From Bacteroidota bacterium (GTDB lineage: Bacteria; Bacteroidota; Bacteroidia; Bacteroidales; ML635J-15), in NCBI GenBank assembly GCA_034658655.1, contig JAYEFQ010000004.1:1-63012 (forward strand): a stretch of 63,012 nt of DNA, given 5' to 3'. Positions 1 to 11,129 of this stretch are shown one piece after another. Each line of letters starts with the position of its first letter. Position 1 is the first letter of the stretch. Under the pieces are notes generated by a model. It was not told the DNA's origin and did not search any database. It was given only the letters and a program-made list of their open reading frames with translations. The position numbers were made by a program, and so were the translations under genes.

Positions 1-95
1 GAGGTTAGAGGTTTGAGGTTAGAGGTTTGAGGTTAGAGGTTTGAGGTTAGAGGTTAGAGGTTGGAGGTTTGAGGTTTGAGGTTAGAGGTTGGAGG
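1..95. repeat. Tandem heptanucleotide array GAGGTTN: 13 full copies plus GAGG, running off the left edge
   Basis: Direct reading shows gaggtta / gaggttt / gaggttg units in perfect 7-nt register from nt 1 to 95. Stop codons in all frames on both strands, so non-coding. Confidence 0.95.
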
Positions 96-217
96 CCTCG
101 ATATTCGTCGGGATTGCTTCGTGTTACATTTTTTAGTTAGCAAACTCCTGAAAAATGACACTCAGGGAATTTGATCCGCCGGGAGGCTGCCTGTCCGACT
201 GCTGGCGGAGACAAGGG
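96..217. other. 122-nt unique, GC-richer segment interrupting the heptamer array in phase; carries two hairpins
   Basis: The array stops after GAGG (92-95) and resumes with TTT (218-220), which completes one heptamer. Hairpin 1: gtgt(ta)cattttt 121-133 pairs with aaaaatgacac 151-161. Hairpin 2: TCCGCC 175-180 pairs with GGCGGA 204-209. Confidence 0.8.
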
Positions 218-244
218 TTTGAGGTTTGAAGTTAGAAGTTTGAG
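218..244. repeat. Resumed, degenerate heptamer array (TTT GAGGTTT GAAGTTA GAAGTTT GAG)
   Basis: Direct reading; same 7-nt register as 1-95, with G-to-A changes. Confidence 0.85.
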
Positions 245-263
245 TGAAAACCTCTCCTTATTA

Positions 264-2204
264 TTAAGGGTTTTTCTCATCAAATTTTTCCAAAGCTTGC
301 TGCACTTTATCCCAGACTTCCATTGCCTGATTTAATTTTTGACTCAAATGATGATATTTGTCGAAATGCTCCTGATTGGCGTTTTCGGGCTTCGCCATGA
401 GTGTTTCTAATTCAGTAAGTTCCTGCTCAAAAGTTTCTATGTTTTTTTCAGATTCGTCAACTAGTCGTTGCAATTTGCGCCTCTGTTTTTCTTTAGCTTT
501 CTTCGCTTTGTAATCTTGTTTCCCTTTGCCGGATGAAGTGGATTTCTGTGCCTGTTTGATCTGTTTTGCTGCATTCAGGCTTTGTAGGTTCTCAATGCGT
601 CGTCGTTCAATAAATGCACTAATCCCACCGAGATGCTGTTTGATATTTTTCTGCTTAAATTCGTAAACGATTTCGGTTAAGCCATCTAAAAAATATCTGT
701 CATGCGAGACAATTATTAAACTGCCATCGTATTCCTGAAGTGCTTGTTTTAGCACATCTTTTGAGCGGATATCAAGATGATTTGTCGGCTCATCGAGCAC
801 TAATAAATTATGTGGTTTTAGCAATAATTTTGCCAATGCCAGCCGACTACGTTCGCCTCCCGATAAGATAGAAACTCGTTTGTCGATATCATCGCCTGAA
901 AACATGAATGCTCCTAGAATTCCGCGTATGTTTTTTCGAACATCCCCAACCGCTTCATCATCTAAAGTTTGAAAAACGGTTTTATTATTGTCTAACATTT
1001 CATCCTGATTCTGCGCATAATATCCGATATCCAAATTGTGCCCATGAATTAGTTCTCCATGTACAAACTGCAATTGTTTCATGATAATTCGCGACAAGGT
1101 TGTTTTCCCTTCGCCATTTCGTCCGACAAAAGCAACTTTATCGCCACGCTCAAGAATAAAATTGACATCTTTCAAAACTTGTAGTTCCCCGTATGATTTC
1201 GATAGATGCTTGGTTTCTATCACAATTGCTCCTGAGCGAGGAGCAGGTGGAAAACGAAAGTGAATTTTAGAATTATCTGTTACTTCAATGTCAATTTTTT
1301 CTGTTTTCTCTAATTGCTTTACCCGCGATTGCACTTGTTTTGCCTTGGTTGCTTTGTATCTGAATTTTTCGACAAAGCGTTCGGTATCAGCAATTTTCTT
1401 TTGCTGATTGTCTAAGGCTGCTTTTTGCAAAGTGAGTCGTTCTTCCCGCATTATTTCGTATTTGGTAAAGCTTGCCGGATAATCGTACATATTTCCCAAT
1501 TCGAGTTCTACGGTACGTTTTGTTACATGATCTAAGAATAACCTATCGTGCGATATTAAGATAATTGCGCCCTGATAATTAATTAAAAAATCTTCAAGCC
1601 ATTGAATGGATTCGATGTCGAGATGATTTGTTGGTTCGTCAAGCATTAACACATTGGGCTGACTAAGCAATAATTTTGCCAACTCAATTCGCATTCTCCA
1701 TCCGCCACTAAATTCGGCGGTATTGCGATGCATATCTCCAGGAAGAAATCCTAGTCCACGCATAGTTTTTTCAATTTGTCCCTCAATGCTGTCTGCATTT
1801 AAAAGAGCACGGCGTTCAGAAAGTTCTGAAACTGATTGTATGATTTTTTCATATCCTTCTGATTCGTAATCTTCACGCTCATTCAGCGATTTCGTTAGCT
1901 TTTCCATGGAAGCATCAATTGCCACAATTTCAGGAAAAGCAGAGCGTGCTTCTTGCAAAACCGTATTTCCTGTATCCTTAAATAATATATGCTGTGGCAG
2001 ATAGGCAATACTGCAATTTCCGGGTTTTGACACATCCCCTTCGGATGCTTCTAATTCTCCGGTAAGTATCTTTAAAAGACTGGTTTTTCCTGCTCCGTTT
2101 TTTCCGGTTAAACCGATACGGTCTTTCGGTTTAATCATAAATGAAATGCCGGAAAAAATCGCTTCTCCGGCAAATCGTATTGTTAAATTGTTGACTGCAA
2201 GCAT
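264..2204 (-). CDS. ABC-F family ATPase (two ABC domains, no TM domain, C-terminal charged coiled-coil tail)
   Basis: Walker A motifs GKNGAGKT and GRNGEGKT. ABC signatures FSGGWRMR and LSGGERSR. Lysine/glutamate-rich C-terminus. Confidence 0.93.
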   Translation of the reverse strand: MLAVNNLTIRFAGEAIFSGISFMIKPKDRIGLTGKNGAGKTSLLKILTGELEASEGDVSKPGNCSIAYLPQHILFKDTGNTVLQEARSAFPEIVAIDASMEKLTKSLNEREDYESEGYEKIIQSVSELSERRALLNADSIEGQIEKTMRGLGFLPGDMHRNTAEFSGGWRMRIELAKLLLSQPNVLMLDEPTNHLDIESIQWLEDFLINYQGAIILISHDRLFLDHVTKRTVELELGNMYDYPASFTKYEIMREERLTLQKAALDNQQKKIADTERFVEKFRYKATKAKQVQSRVKQLEKTEKIDIEVTDNSKIHFRFPPAPRSGAIVIETKHLSKSYGELQVLKDVNFILERGDKVAFVGRNGEGKTTLSRIIMKQLQFVHGELIHGHNLDIGYYAQNQDEMLDNNKTVFQTLDDEAVGDVRKNIRGILGAFMFSGDDIDKRVSILSGGERSRLALAKLLLKPHNLLVLDEPTNHLDIRSKDVLKQALQEYDGSLIIVSHDRYFLDGLTEIVYEFKQKNIKQHLGGISAFIERRRIENLQSLNAAKQIKQAQKSTSSGKGKQDYKAKKAKEKQRRKLQRLVDESEKNIETFEQELTELETLMAKPENANQEHFDKYHHLSQKLNQAMEVWDKVQQALEKFDEKNP

Positions 2205-2212
2205 ATGCAGAT

Positions 2213-4150
2213 TTATTTTTTTTGTTTTGGGTTATATCCACGTTGTTTCGCTGACTCTTCAAGGCGTTTTTGCCATTTGGATTTTGGTTTCGTCGGCTTT
2301 TTCTTATTTGCTTCGAGTTTTGCTAATACTTTATCTTCACTGACAATATATTTTCGAATAATAAATGTTTGTGCTATTGTAATTAAGTTGGCGAGGAAAT
2401 AATAATAGCTTAATCCTGAGGCATATCCGTTAAACATAACCAGTAGCATAACCGGCATAAACCACATCATCATTTTCATGGTTGCTTGGTTAGATCCTGA
2501 TGCTTGATTTGCGTTACTGAGTTTTGTTGAGATAATCATGGAAATTGCCATCAATAAAGTGAATAAACTCACGTGATCACCATACATTGGAATTTCGAAA
2601 GGTAAATTTAAAATGGAATCATAACTTGATAAATCATTTGCCCAAAGGAATGATTGTTGTCTCAACTCAATGGATGAAGGGAAAAAGCGGAAGAGCGCAA
2701 TCAATACTGGCATTTGGAGTAACATTGGCAAACAACCTCCCATCGGATTGGCGCCTGCTTTTTTGTACAGCGCCATGGTTGCCTTTTGTTTCTCTGCTTC
2801 TTTTCCTTTTGGATATTTTTTGCTTAATTCTTCAATTTGCGGTTTTAATACACGCATTTTTGCCATGGACAAGTAGGATTTGTACGTTAAAGGGAACAAC
2901 ACAAGCTTAATCAGCAGAGTCATAATTAAGATGATAATTCCGTAATTGTTAATCCAATTTCCTAGCCAGTTAAATAGCGGAATAACAACAAAACGGTTTA
3001 CCCAACGGAACACGGAATTCCCGAGAGGAATCACTTTTTCCATATCCCGGTCATAGGATTTTAGTGTAGAATATTTATTCGGACCGAAATAAAACTGCAT
3101 GTCGTAGGTTTTTTGTGCTTCATGCATGTATGGCAGTGTGAGTTCTGCGTGTAATTCTTGAATATAAGGACCAGTTTCAATGGTTTTTGTATTGAAAACG
3201 GGTTCTTCAAAATTGTTATCGTTAATCAAAAAACTTGAAAAGAATTGCTGTTTAAACGCTACCCAATTCACGTTTCCGGCTGAGCTGGCTTCGTCTTTAT
3301 CTTTCCGTTTTTTAAGCTCTTCAATGTCTCCGTTATCAAAACGGTATTGAACTGTAGTGTTTTGTGTTTCCCACTTTCTGCCTTTCTCGAGCTGCGGAAG
3401 TCTAGCCGACCAATCTAAACGAATGAAGTTGACATTTTGAGCCAAAATGTCATCCATGTTTATGAGGTTCACGTCGTAATCTAGCATCCAATCTTTATCC
3501 GTAAGCTGATAAACATATTCGATATAGCTGTTTTCCCCTGCGTATAAACGGAATGACACACTTGATGAATCATTTTCATTGACGGTAATGTGATCTCGGT
3601 CGCCTATGTACTTAAAATACATATCGTTGGTTTTTACCGCACGATTGTCTATAAGCATTTCATATCCGAAATTAATGGAAGAATCTCCTTGAAATAAATA
3701 TAGTGGCTCGCCGTTGTGGGTTTTGTAGTTTTTCAGCTCAACGGCACAAACTTTTCCACCTTTCGTACTGAAACTGACAACCATTCTGTCATTCTCGAGT
3801 CGAATGATTTCATTTTCACCAGTAGCAGCATCTGCAAGTACACCATATTTTTGTTTTTGCTCAATGGTTTGAATTGAGTCTTGTAAGTGTTTTAAGGTTT
3901 CTGCATCTTGTGTATTGCTCTGATTTTCATCGCCCGAAGGATTATTAGATGTTTGTGAGTCTTGCTGTGCTTTGCGTGCAGCCTCTAGTTCTATGCTTGC
4001 AAGCGAGTCTTTTACATGTTCCGTTTGAATGATAGAGTCGCGTTTGCGTTCTAATTCTGCACGCTCTTTAGCGTTTGGTGTAGAAAAGATGGTGTATCCA
4101 ACTAAAATTGCACCAATGATAAGTAAGCCGATTATACTATTTTTATCCAT
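2213..4150 (-). CDS. yidC: Membrane protein insertase YidC (long Bacteroidota form)
   Basis: N-terminal TM helix, large periplasmic domain, C-terminal insertase core with GGCLPMLLQMPVLIALF, basic tail. Adjacent to pyrG. Confidence 0.93.
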   Translation of the reverse strand: MDKNSIIGLLIIGAILVGYTIFSTPNAKERAELERKRDSIIQTEHVKDSLASIELEAARKAQQDSQTSNNPSGDENQSNTQDAETLKHLQDSIQTIEQKQKYGVLADAATGENEIIRLENDRMVVSFSTKGGKVCAVELKNYKTHNGEPLYLFQGDSSINFGYEMLIDNRAVKTNDMYFKYIGDRDHITVNENDSSSVSFRLYAGENSYIEYVYQLTDKDWMLDYDVNLINMDDILAQNVNFIRLDWSARLPQLEKGRKWETQNTTVQYRFDNGDIEELKKRKDKDEASSAGNVNWVAFKQQFFSSFLINDNNFEEPVFNTKTIETGPYIQELHAELTLPYMHEAQKTYDMQFYFGPNKYSTLKSYDRDMEKVIPLGNSVFRWVNRFVVIPLFNWLGNWINNYGIIILIMTLLIKLVLFPLTYKSYLSMAKMRVLKPQIEELSKKYPKGKEAEKQKATMALYKKAGANPMGGCLPMLLQMPVLIALFRFFPSSIELRQQSFLWANDLSSYDSILNLPFEIPMYGDHVSLFTLLMAISMIISTKLSNANQASGSNQATMKMMMWFMPVMLLVMFNGYASGLSYYYFLANLITIAQTFIIRKYIVSEDKVLAKLEANKKKPTKPKSKWQKRLEESAKQRGYNPKQKK

Positions 4151-4164
4151 AACAATAATTCAAA

Positions 4165-5775
<1,611 letters not shown>

Positions 5776-8079
5776 TTAAAATGTTAAATTAATTCCTAAA
5801 CTTGGCATTATCGGTAACTGGTTGACACGTGAGAAATTTATACGGTCAAAATAAAATATATTTTCTCTGTTATAAACATTGGTTACACTTGCGCTGATTT
5901 CAAGTCTGGAATGCTCGCTTAAATCAAAATGTTTTTTTACATTAATATCAAGGCGATGGTACATTGGCAATCTGCCTTCATTAATTTCTCCATAGATAAT
6001 TCCTAAATCACCATTGAGTTGCCAGTAATCTGTATTAATATTTCCGTAAAGTGGAAGCTGCTCGTAAAATCCTTGAGTTTGTGTAAATGGAAATCCACTA
6101 CCAAGATTCCAGCGTGCACTTATTTCCCATGATCGGTCTTCGCCAAGATGATAGGTTCCAACAAAATTCATATTATGCCGACGGTCGAAATGCGGGGAAT
6201 AGGTTTCTATGCCATCAAAGCGATTGACCCAACCGAGTCCGTAAACCATCCAAAGATACAAACGGTTGTGTTCGTATTTTAGCAAAATATCCATTCCGTA
6301 GGCAGCGCCTTTCTCAATGATGAAATCTTTCTTTTGATAATCTGGTATTTGATAATTTTCAGGAGTATCGTCATAAAGCTTATTTCGATTGATGTTTGTG
6401 AGTTGTGAGAAATTCTTGTAATAGCCCTCAACATTGAGTTCCCAATAATTTGTAATGTCATATTCGAAGCCTGCAATGGCATGTTGCGATTTTTGCAATT
6501 TGTGAGTAATTGGCTCGCCATCTAATTCATTAGGTATCGCTTCTGATCCTGATAAGAAGCCATAAAACAGATTCACAACATCTCTGTCGGAGTTTGCTGC
6601 AATCAGGTTTTGTGAATAAAAACCACCGGCAAATTTTATGCGAAAGACTTCGGTTAAATTGTATTTTACGCCAAGTCTTGGTTCAAGCGAAACATCCGAA
6701 AGGGATGCATAATAATGGACTCTGAATGAAGGCTCAAAAACCAACGATCCTCTGTTTATTTTGTATCTTGTATAAGCCGCTAATTCGGTGGTGTTTTCCC
6801 GTTGATTCAGTGTGCGACCTATGCTGTTTTGAAAGACATAATCGGTTTTAAAACCTAGCGTTTCAATTCCCCATACGAATTCATTTTTCCCAAGGAAATA
6901 AATAAAATCTAATCCGCCATTATAGCCTGAGATTTCACTGCTACGAGGAATATTATTGGCATCCGATAAGGAAATTAAATAATTTGAATACGATAAATTT
7001 GCCCGTATCATCACACTTGATCCATCAGGAACAATGATGAAATTACTGCCTAAGCCGCTGCTGTTCCAGTTTAAGTTAGAAAGTGCGCCGTAATTTACTT
7101 GGTCGCGAAAATTGAACCCGAACAGATTAACTTTACTTCCATTTGCTGCATTAAATGATGTTTTTGCATAAATATCGGTGTAGTTAAATGGGAGGCTGTC
7201 AGCGATATAGCCATAGAGGTATTTTGATGTCTGCTCTAAATAAGATGTTTTTGCCGAAACGAGATAAGAGGCACTGCCTTTTTCCGGTTTAAACTTTATA
7301 AAAGGACCTTCTAGCAAAAGTTTTGATCCAAATGGACTCGCGGATATTTTTCCTGCAAAGCGTTTTTTATTCCCATCTCTCATAGTAAAATCCATTACTG
7401 AAGAAATTCGACCTCCATATTCAGCTGAAAAACCACCGGTATAAACATCGGTATTTTGAATGATGTCAGAATCGAACACTGAAAATAAACCGATAGAGTG
7501 AAATGGATTGTAAACCACCATTCCGTCGAGTAGGACTAAATTTTGGATTGGCGAACCTCCCCTGATGTACAATTGACCTCCTTGATCACCTGTGAAAACA
7601 ACTCCCGGAACAATTTGTAAATACTGAGCAATATCTGGTTCGGCACCTATGCTCGGTAGGCGTTTAATTTGTACGGGTTGTACCTTAGTAACTGAGGTTC
7701 TTACCTGTGTTGTCCGCTCCATGCGTTCTGCTGAAACCAAGGCTTCATCAAGAATAACAGAGCTGGGCTCAAGATAAAAATTTTGTGAAAAAAGTTGTCC
7801 TTCTTTTATTACAATCTGTTGTGAAAGTGTATCGTAACCAACATAAGAAATAACAATTTTATGTTCTCCGGCGGGCACTTTATTGATATTGAAATAACCG
7901 TTCATGTCAGTTGCTGCACCAAGCTGCGTGTTTTTAATAAACACATTAGCAAAAATACAAGCATCGCCGGTTTCTTTATCGTACACAAATCCTTTGATAT
8001 TTGCAGTTTGTGCAAAAATCAATAGTGGTGAGATTGCAATTAAGAGGCTTAAAACAAATTTCGATTTTAATGGATTCAT
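5776..8079 (-). CDS. TonB-dependent outer-membrane receptor with N-terminal carboxypeptidase-regulatory-like domain
   Basis: Signal peptide ending IFAQ. IKGFVYDKETGD...FANVFI domain, then plug and barrel. C-terminal aromatic residue (LTF). Confidence 0.88.
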   Translation of the reverse strand: MNPLKSKFVLSLLIAISPLLIFAQTANIKGFVYDKETGDACIFANVFIKNTQLGAATDMNGYFNINKVPAGEHKIVISYVGYDTLSQQIVIKEGQLFSQNFYLEPSSVILDEALVSAERMERTTQVRTSVTKVQPVQIKRLPSIGAEPDIAQYLQIVPGVVFTGDQGGQLYIRGGSPIQNLVLLDGMVVYNPFHSIGLFSVFDSDIIQNTDVYTGGFSAEYGGRISSVMDFTMRDGNKKRFAGKISASPFGSKLLLEGPFIKFKPEKGSASYLVSAKTSYLEQTSKYLYGYIADSLPFNYTDIYAKTSFNAANGSKVNLFGFNFRDQVNYGALSNLNWNSSGLGSNFIIVPDGSSVMIRANLSYSNYLISLSDANNIPRSSEISGYNGGLDFIYFLGKNEFVWGIETLGFKTDYVFQNSIGRTLNQRENTTELAAYTRYKINRGSLVFEPSFRVHYYASLSDVSLEPRLGVKYNLTEVFRIKFAGGFYSQNLIAANSDRDVVNLFYGFLSGSEAIPNELDGEPITHKLQKSQHAIAGFEYDITNYWELNVEGYYKNFSQLTNINRNKLYDDTPENYQIPDYQKKDFIIEKGAAYGMDILLKYEHNRLYLWMVYGLGWVNRFDGIETYSPHFDRRHNMNFVGTYHLGEDRSWEISARWNLGSGFPFTQTQGFYEQLPLYGNINTDYWQLNGDLGIIYGEINEGRLPMYHRLDINVKKHFDLSEHSRLEISASVTNVYNRENIFYFDRINFSRVNQLPIMPSLGINLTF

Positions 8080-10232
8080 TCTTCTTTTTTTAGATTTCGT
8101 AATGCGAGATCTAGAATTTTACGCTTTTCCATTAAGCGTGATTTCTCTTGTTTCGCTTTTTCTGTCTTTTTCTTGACGTTATCCAATAGCGATCCGCTGC
8201 TGCTGCCTGTGAAAAAACTCATGTTATTTTCCTGCAAAACGATATCTTCTTTGATTTTATTGATTCTGTTGTTAAGTCGTTGCCTTTCATCTTCGATTTT
8301 TCTATTGTCTTTGGCTTTTGCCCATTCGTCAACTTGCTTTTGATATTGAATGTCGCTTAAGCCTGATAAAGTAATGTCAATCCCCTGAAATGCTTTTTTG
8401 ATTGCAGCTTTATATTCATCCTGAAGTTTGTCTTTTTCCCGTTTGGGGACAAAGCCGGTTTGTGTCCATTGGGTTTGAAAGTCTTGCAATGCTTTTAGAT
8501 TTTTCGCTTTGTCATCTGACGCTTTAAAGGCATTAATGGCTTCGATTAAATCCTGTTTTTTCTTAAGATTTTCTTTCTCTTCATTTTTCCGTGTTTTGAA
8601 ATAATTATCACGAGCTGTAAAGAATGTATTACAAGCCGCCCTGAAGCGTTTCCATACGTCATTCGATTGTTTTTTTGGAACCGGCCCAACGGTTTTCCAT
8701 TCGTCCTGTAATTTTAAAATTTCATCGCGGGTCTCATTCCAATTGGTGTTGTTCTGTATTGCTTCTGTACGTACACAAATGTCCGTCTTTTTTTGCAAGT
8801 TCTCATCAAACTCGGATTTACGCTGTTTGAAAAATTCTTGTTTTTTATCAAAAAATAAATTGCAAGCAGAACGGAACCGATCGTAAATGGCAGCATTATG
8901 TTTCTGTGGTACCATACCAATGGTTTTCCAAACTTTTTGAAGCTCTATCACCTCGTTGGTGCGCTCATTCCATTCTTTTATGTCTTTAATATTTTGATTC
9001 GCAATGATTTCAGCTTTTTCGCAGAGTGCATTTTTTGCATTGAGACTATGTTCGCGATCTTCTTTTTTCTTCAAGAAATAATCTTGATGTTTTTTATTGA
9101 TTTTTTGCGATGTCATGCTGAAACGTTCCCAAAGCTCTTCACGCTTTTCTTTTGGGACAGGACCAGTTTCACGCCATAAATCATGAAAATCCTGAAGTTT
9201 TCTGTATGCATCAATAACTTTTGGCTCTAAAATGAGTTTTTCCGCTTTCTCACATAACTCAAGCTTTAATTCCAAATTCTTTTTGAAATCCATATCGCGG
9301 AGTTCATTATTAATTTTTATGAAATCATAAAAGCGCTCCACTTGAAGGTTATAGTTATTCCACAATTCCCGCGCATTTTCTTTGGGTACTGTGCCAATTT
9401 TCTTCCATTTATTTTGCAAATCACGAAACTCCTCAAAGGTTTTGCGCAACGACTCTTCACCATTGGCAAGCACTTTAATCTTTTCAACAATTGCTTCTTT
9501 CTCTTTTAGATTTTCAAGCTTAAGCTCCTCTTGTTCAGCATTAAACTTGGCTTTTTTTACTTTGAAATCTTCAAGTAATTCTTTTAAGTAGGTTTCGTCT
9601 TTATCTTTTGGAGGGTCAAAATCCATTGGATCTTTTCCGCTCTCAACGAATAATTGTTTTAACTCTGATAGCTTTTCATGTTGCTGCTTATAAAAACTTG
9701 CTTTTATGGCATCAACATGCGAACGTGAATTTTGTACATCGTCACTTTGAACCGCATTTTTTAGGGCTTCTAACAATGCTTGTTTCGTGTAAGTGTTATA
9801 ATCCGGCATTTCATCCGACTTATTCTTCTTTTTCTTATCTTCACCTTCATCACTTTTCTCACCTTTATTGCCATCATCAGTTGGCTTACTGACATCGGTT
9901 TTGCTTTCTGATGGTGCCGGTTGAGGTTTTACAGCTTCAGGTTCGGTTTTTTCAGGTTCTGAATGTTCAGCTTCCGGCTTGTCTTGTACTTCAGCCGAAG
10001 GCATTTCTTTCTTTGTGGTTTCGGAGGTCGCTTCTGTATTATCCTGAGCAGTTGCTTCTTCTTCTTCTGACACATTGTCAGTAGCTTCTTTTGAAACATC
10101 CTGTGCTTCAGGTTGCGTAGTTCCCTGATTTGAATCTGACACGGTTTCAGATGCACTGTTTTGAGCATTTTCCTGTCCTTGATTGTTCAAATCTTCGTTT
10201 TTCAAGTTGATGTTCTGTTTTTCTTCGTTCAT
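8076..10232 (-). CDS. DUF349 domain-containing protein with acidic low-complexity N-terminus
   Basis: At least five repeats of the W(K/R)xxGxVPKE...W.RF module (WKKIGTVPKE, WRETGPVPKE, WKTIGMVPQK, WKTVGPVPKK, WTQTGFVPRE). Overlaps the downstream receptor gene by 4 nt. Confidence 0.85.
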   Translation of the reverse strand: MNEEKQNINLKNEDLNNQGQENAQNSASETVSDSNQGTTQPEAQDVSKEATDNVSEEEEATAQDNTEATSETTKKEMPSAEVQDKPEAEHSEPEKTEPEAVKPQPAPSESKTDVSKPTDDGNKGEKSDEGEDKKKKNKSDEMPDYNTYTKQALLEALKNAVQSDDVQNSRSHVDAIKASFYKQQHEKLSELKQLFVESGKDPMDFDPPKDKDETYLKELLEDFKVKKAKFNAEQEELKLENLKEKEAIVEKIKVLANGEESLRKTFEEFRDLQNKWKKIGTVPKENARELWNNYNLQVERFYDFIKINNELRDMDFKKNLELKLELCEKAEKLILEPKVIDAYRKLQDFHDLWRETGPVPKEKREELWERFSMTSQKINKKHQDYFLKKKEDREHSLNAKNALCEKAEIIANQNIKDIKEWNERTNEVIELQKVWKTIGMVPQKHNAAIYDRFRSACNLFFDKKQEFFKQRKSEFDENLQKKTDICVRTEAIQNNTNWNETRDEILKLQDEWKTVGPVPKKQSNDVWKRFRAACNTFFTARDNYFKTRKNEEKENLKKKQDLIEAINAFKASDDKAKNLKALQDFQTQWTQTGFVPKREKDKLQDEYKAAIKKAFQGIDITLSGLSDIQYQKQVDEWAKAKDNRKIEDERQRLNNRINKIKEDIVLQENNMSFFTGSSSGSLLDNVKKKTEKAKQEKSRLMEKRKILDLALRNLKKEE

Positions 10233-10393
10233 TACAGATTAAATTACTTCATATTATATTTGCAAATATCTTTAGATTTTTCAAAAAGATTGCAATTTTA
10301 GTAAAAATGTTCGAAATTAAGACTTAAACCGCAAATTTTCAAAGCATTTCTTGTTAAATCGGGTTAATATTAACAATTTAGATTGAATCTGAC

Positions 10394-10421
10394 TTTGTCT
10401 CAAAGGTTTTCATTAATTTTG
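10394..10421 (+). promoter_or_regulatory. Putative Bacteroidota-type promoter for trmD (-33 TTTG, -7 TAATTTTG)
   Basis: TTTG at 10394-10397 and TAATTTTG at 10414-10421, 16 nt apart, 15 nt upstream of ATG 10437. Matches the known TTTG / TAnnTTTG consensus. Confidence 0.45.
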
Positions 10422-10436
10422 CACAAATTTAATAAT

Positions 10437-11129
10437 ATGCGCATTGATATTATCACAGTTTTGCCAGAATTATTAACAAGTCCTGTGAGTCACTCCATTT
10501 TAAAACGGGCTCAGCAACAAAATCTTGTTGAAATTCACCTTCATGATTTAAGGGAGTATGGCATCGGAAAGCACAGGCAGGTTGATGATTACGCCTATGG
10601 AAATGATGCAGGAATGGTATTAATGCCCGAGCCGGTGGACCGTTGTATTTCTGATTTGAAAAAAGAAAGAAATTATGATGAAATCATTTATACTTCGCCG
10701 GATGGAGCCCAATTTGATCAACCGATGGCAAATGCAATGTCAATGTTGGAAAATATTATCATCCTATGTGGACATTATAAAGGGATTGACCATCGAATTA
10801 GGGAGCATCTTATTACCAAAGAAATCAGCATTGGTGATTTTGTGATGACCGGTGGTGAATTAGCAGCTGCGGTAATGGTAGATAGTATTGTGCGATTAAT
10901 TCCTGGCGTATTGTCAGATGAAACTTCAGCATTAACTGATTCTTTCCAAGATGGATTGCTTTCTTCGCCGGTTTATACCCGTCCTGCCGATTATAAAGGT
11001 TGGGAAGTGCCGGAAATATTGCGTAGCGGAAATTTTAGTAAAATTGACGACTGGAAAGCACAACAGGCTTACGAACGTACAAAAAAATTGAGGCCGAGAC
11101 TGTTAGATGAAAAGGAGGATAAGACATGA
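10437..11129 (+). CDS. trmD: tRNA (guanine37-N1)-methyltransferase
   Basis: [11 protein letters not shown] start and [29 protein letters not shown]-binding knot motif. The ORF-track start at 10383 is a TTG extension; ATG at 10437 fits the family N-terminus. Confidence 0.93.
   Translation: MRIDIITVLPELLTSPVSHSILKRAQQQNLVEIHLHDLREYGIGKHRQVDDYAYGNDAGMVLMPEPVDRCISDLKKERNYDEIIYTSPDGAQFDQPMANAMSMLENIIILCGHYKGIDHRIREHLITKEISIGDFVMTGGELAAAVMVDSIVRLIPGVLSDETSALTDSFQDGLLSSPVYTRPADYKGWEVPEILRSGNFSKIDDWKAQQAYERTKKLRPRLLDEKEDKT

Noticed and set aside
1-95. The heptamer array as a CRISPR array, or as a coding low-complexity repeat.
   Set aside because: The units are 7 nt with no spacers, so it is not a CRISPR array. 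Stops occur in all six frames, so it is not coding.
10383-10436. N-terminal extensions in the ORF track that start at TTG or GTG. Affected genes: trmD 10383, lipoprotein 13199, fba 15975, AGCS 19504, hpf 23274, nadK 45013, skp2 51545, murI 52136, LytTR 52992, hypothetical 54979, REC 55730, DUF4139 61097.
   Set aside because: In each case a downstream ATG gives the family-typical N-terminus or a proper signal peptide and removes the overlap with the upstream gene. The extensions are treated as artefacts of longest-ORF calling.
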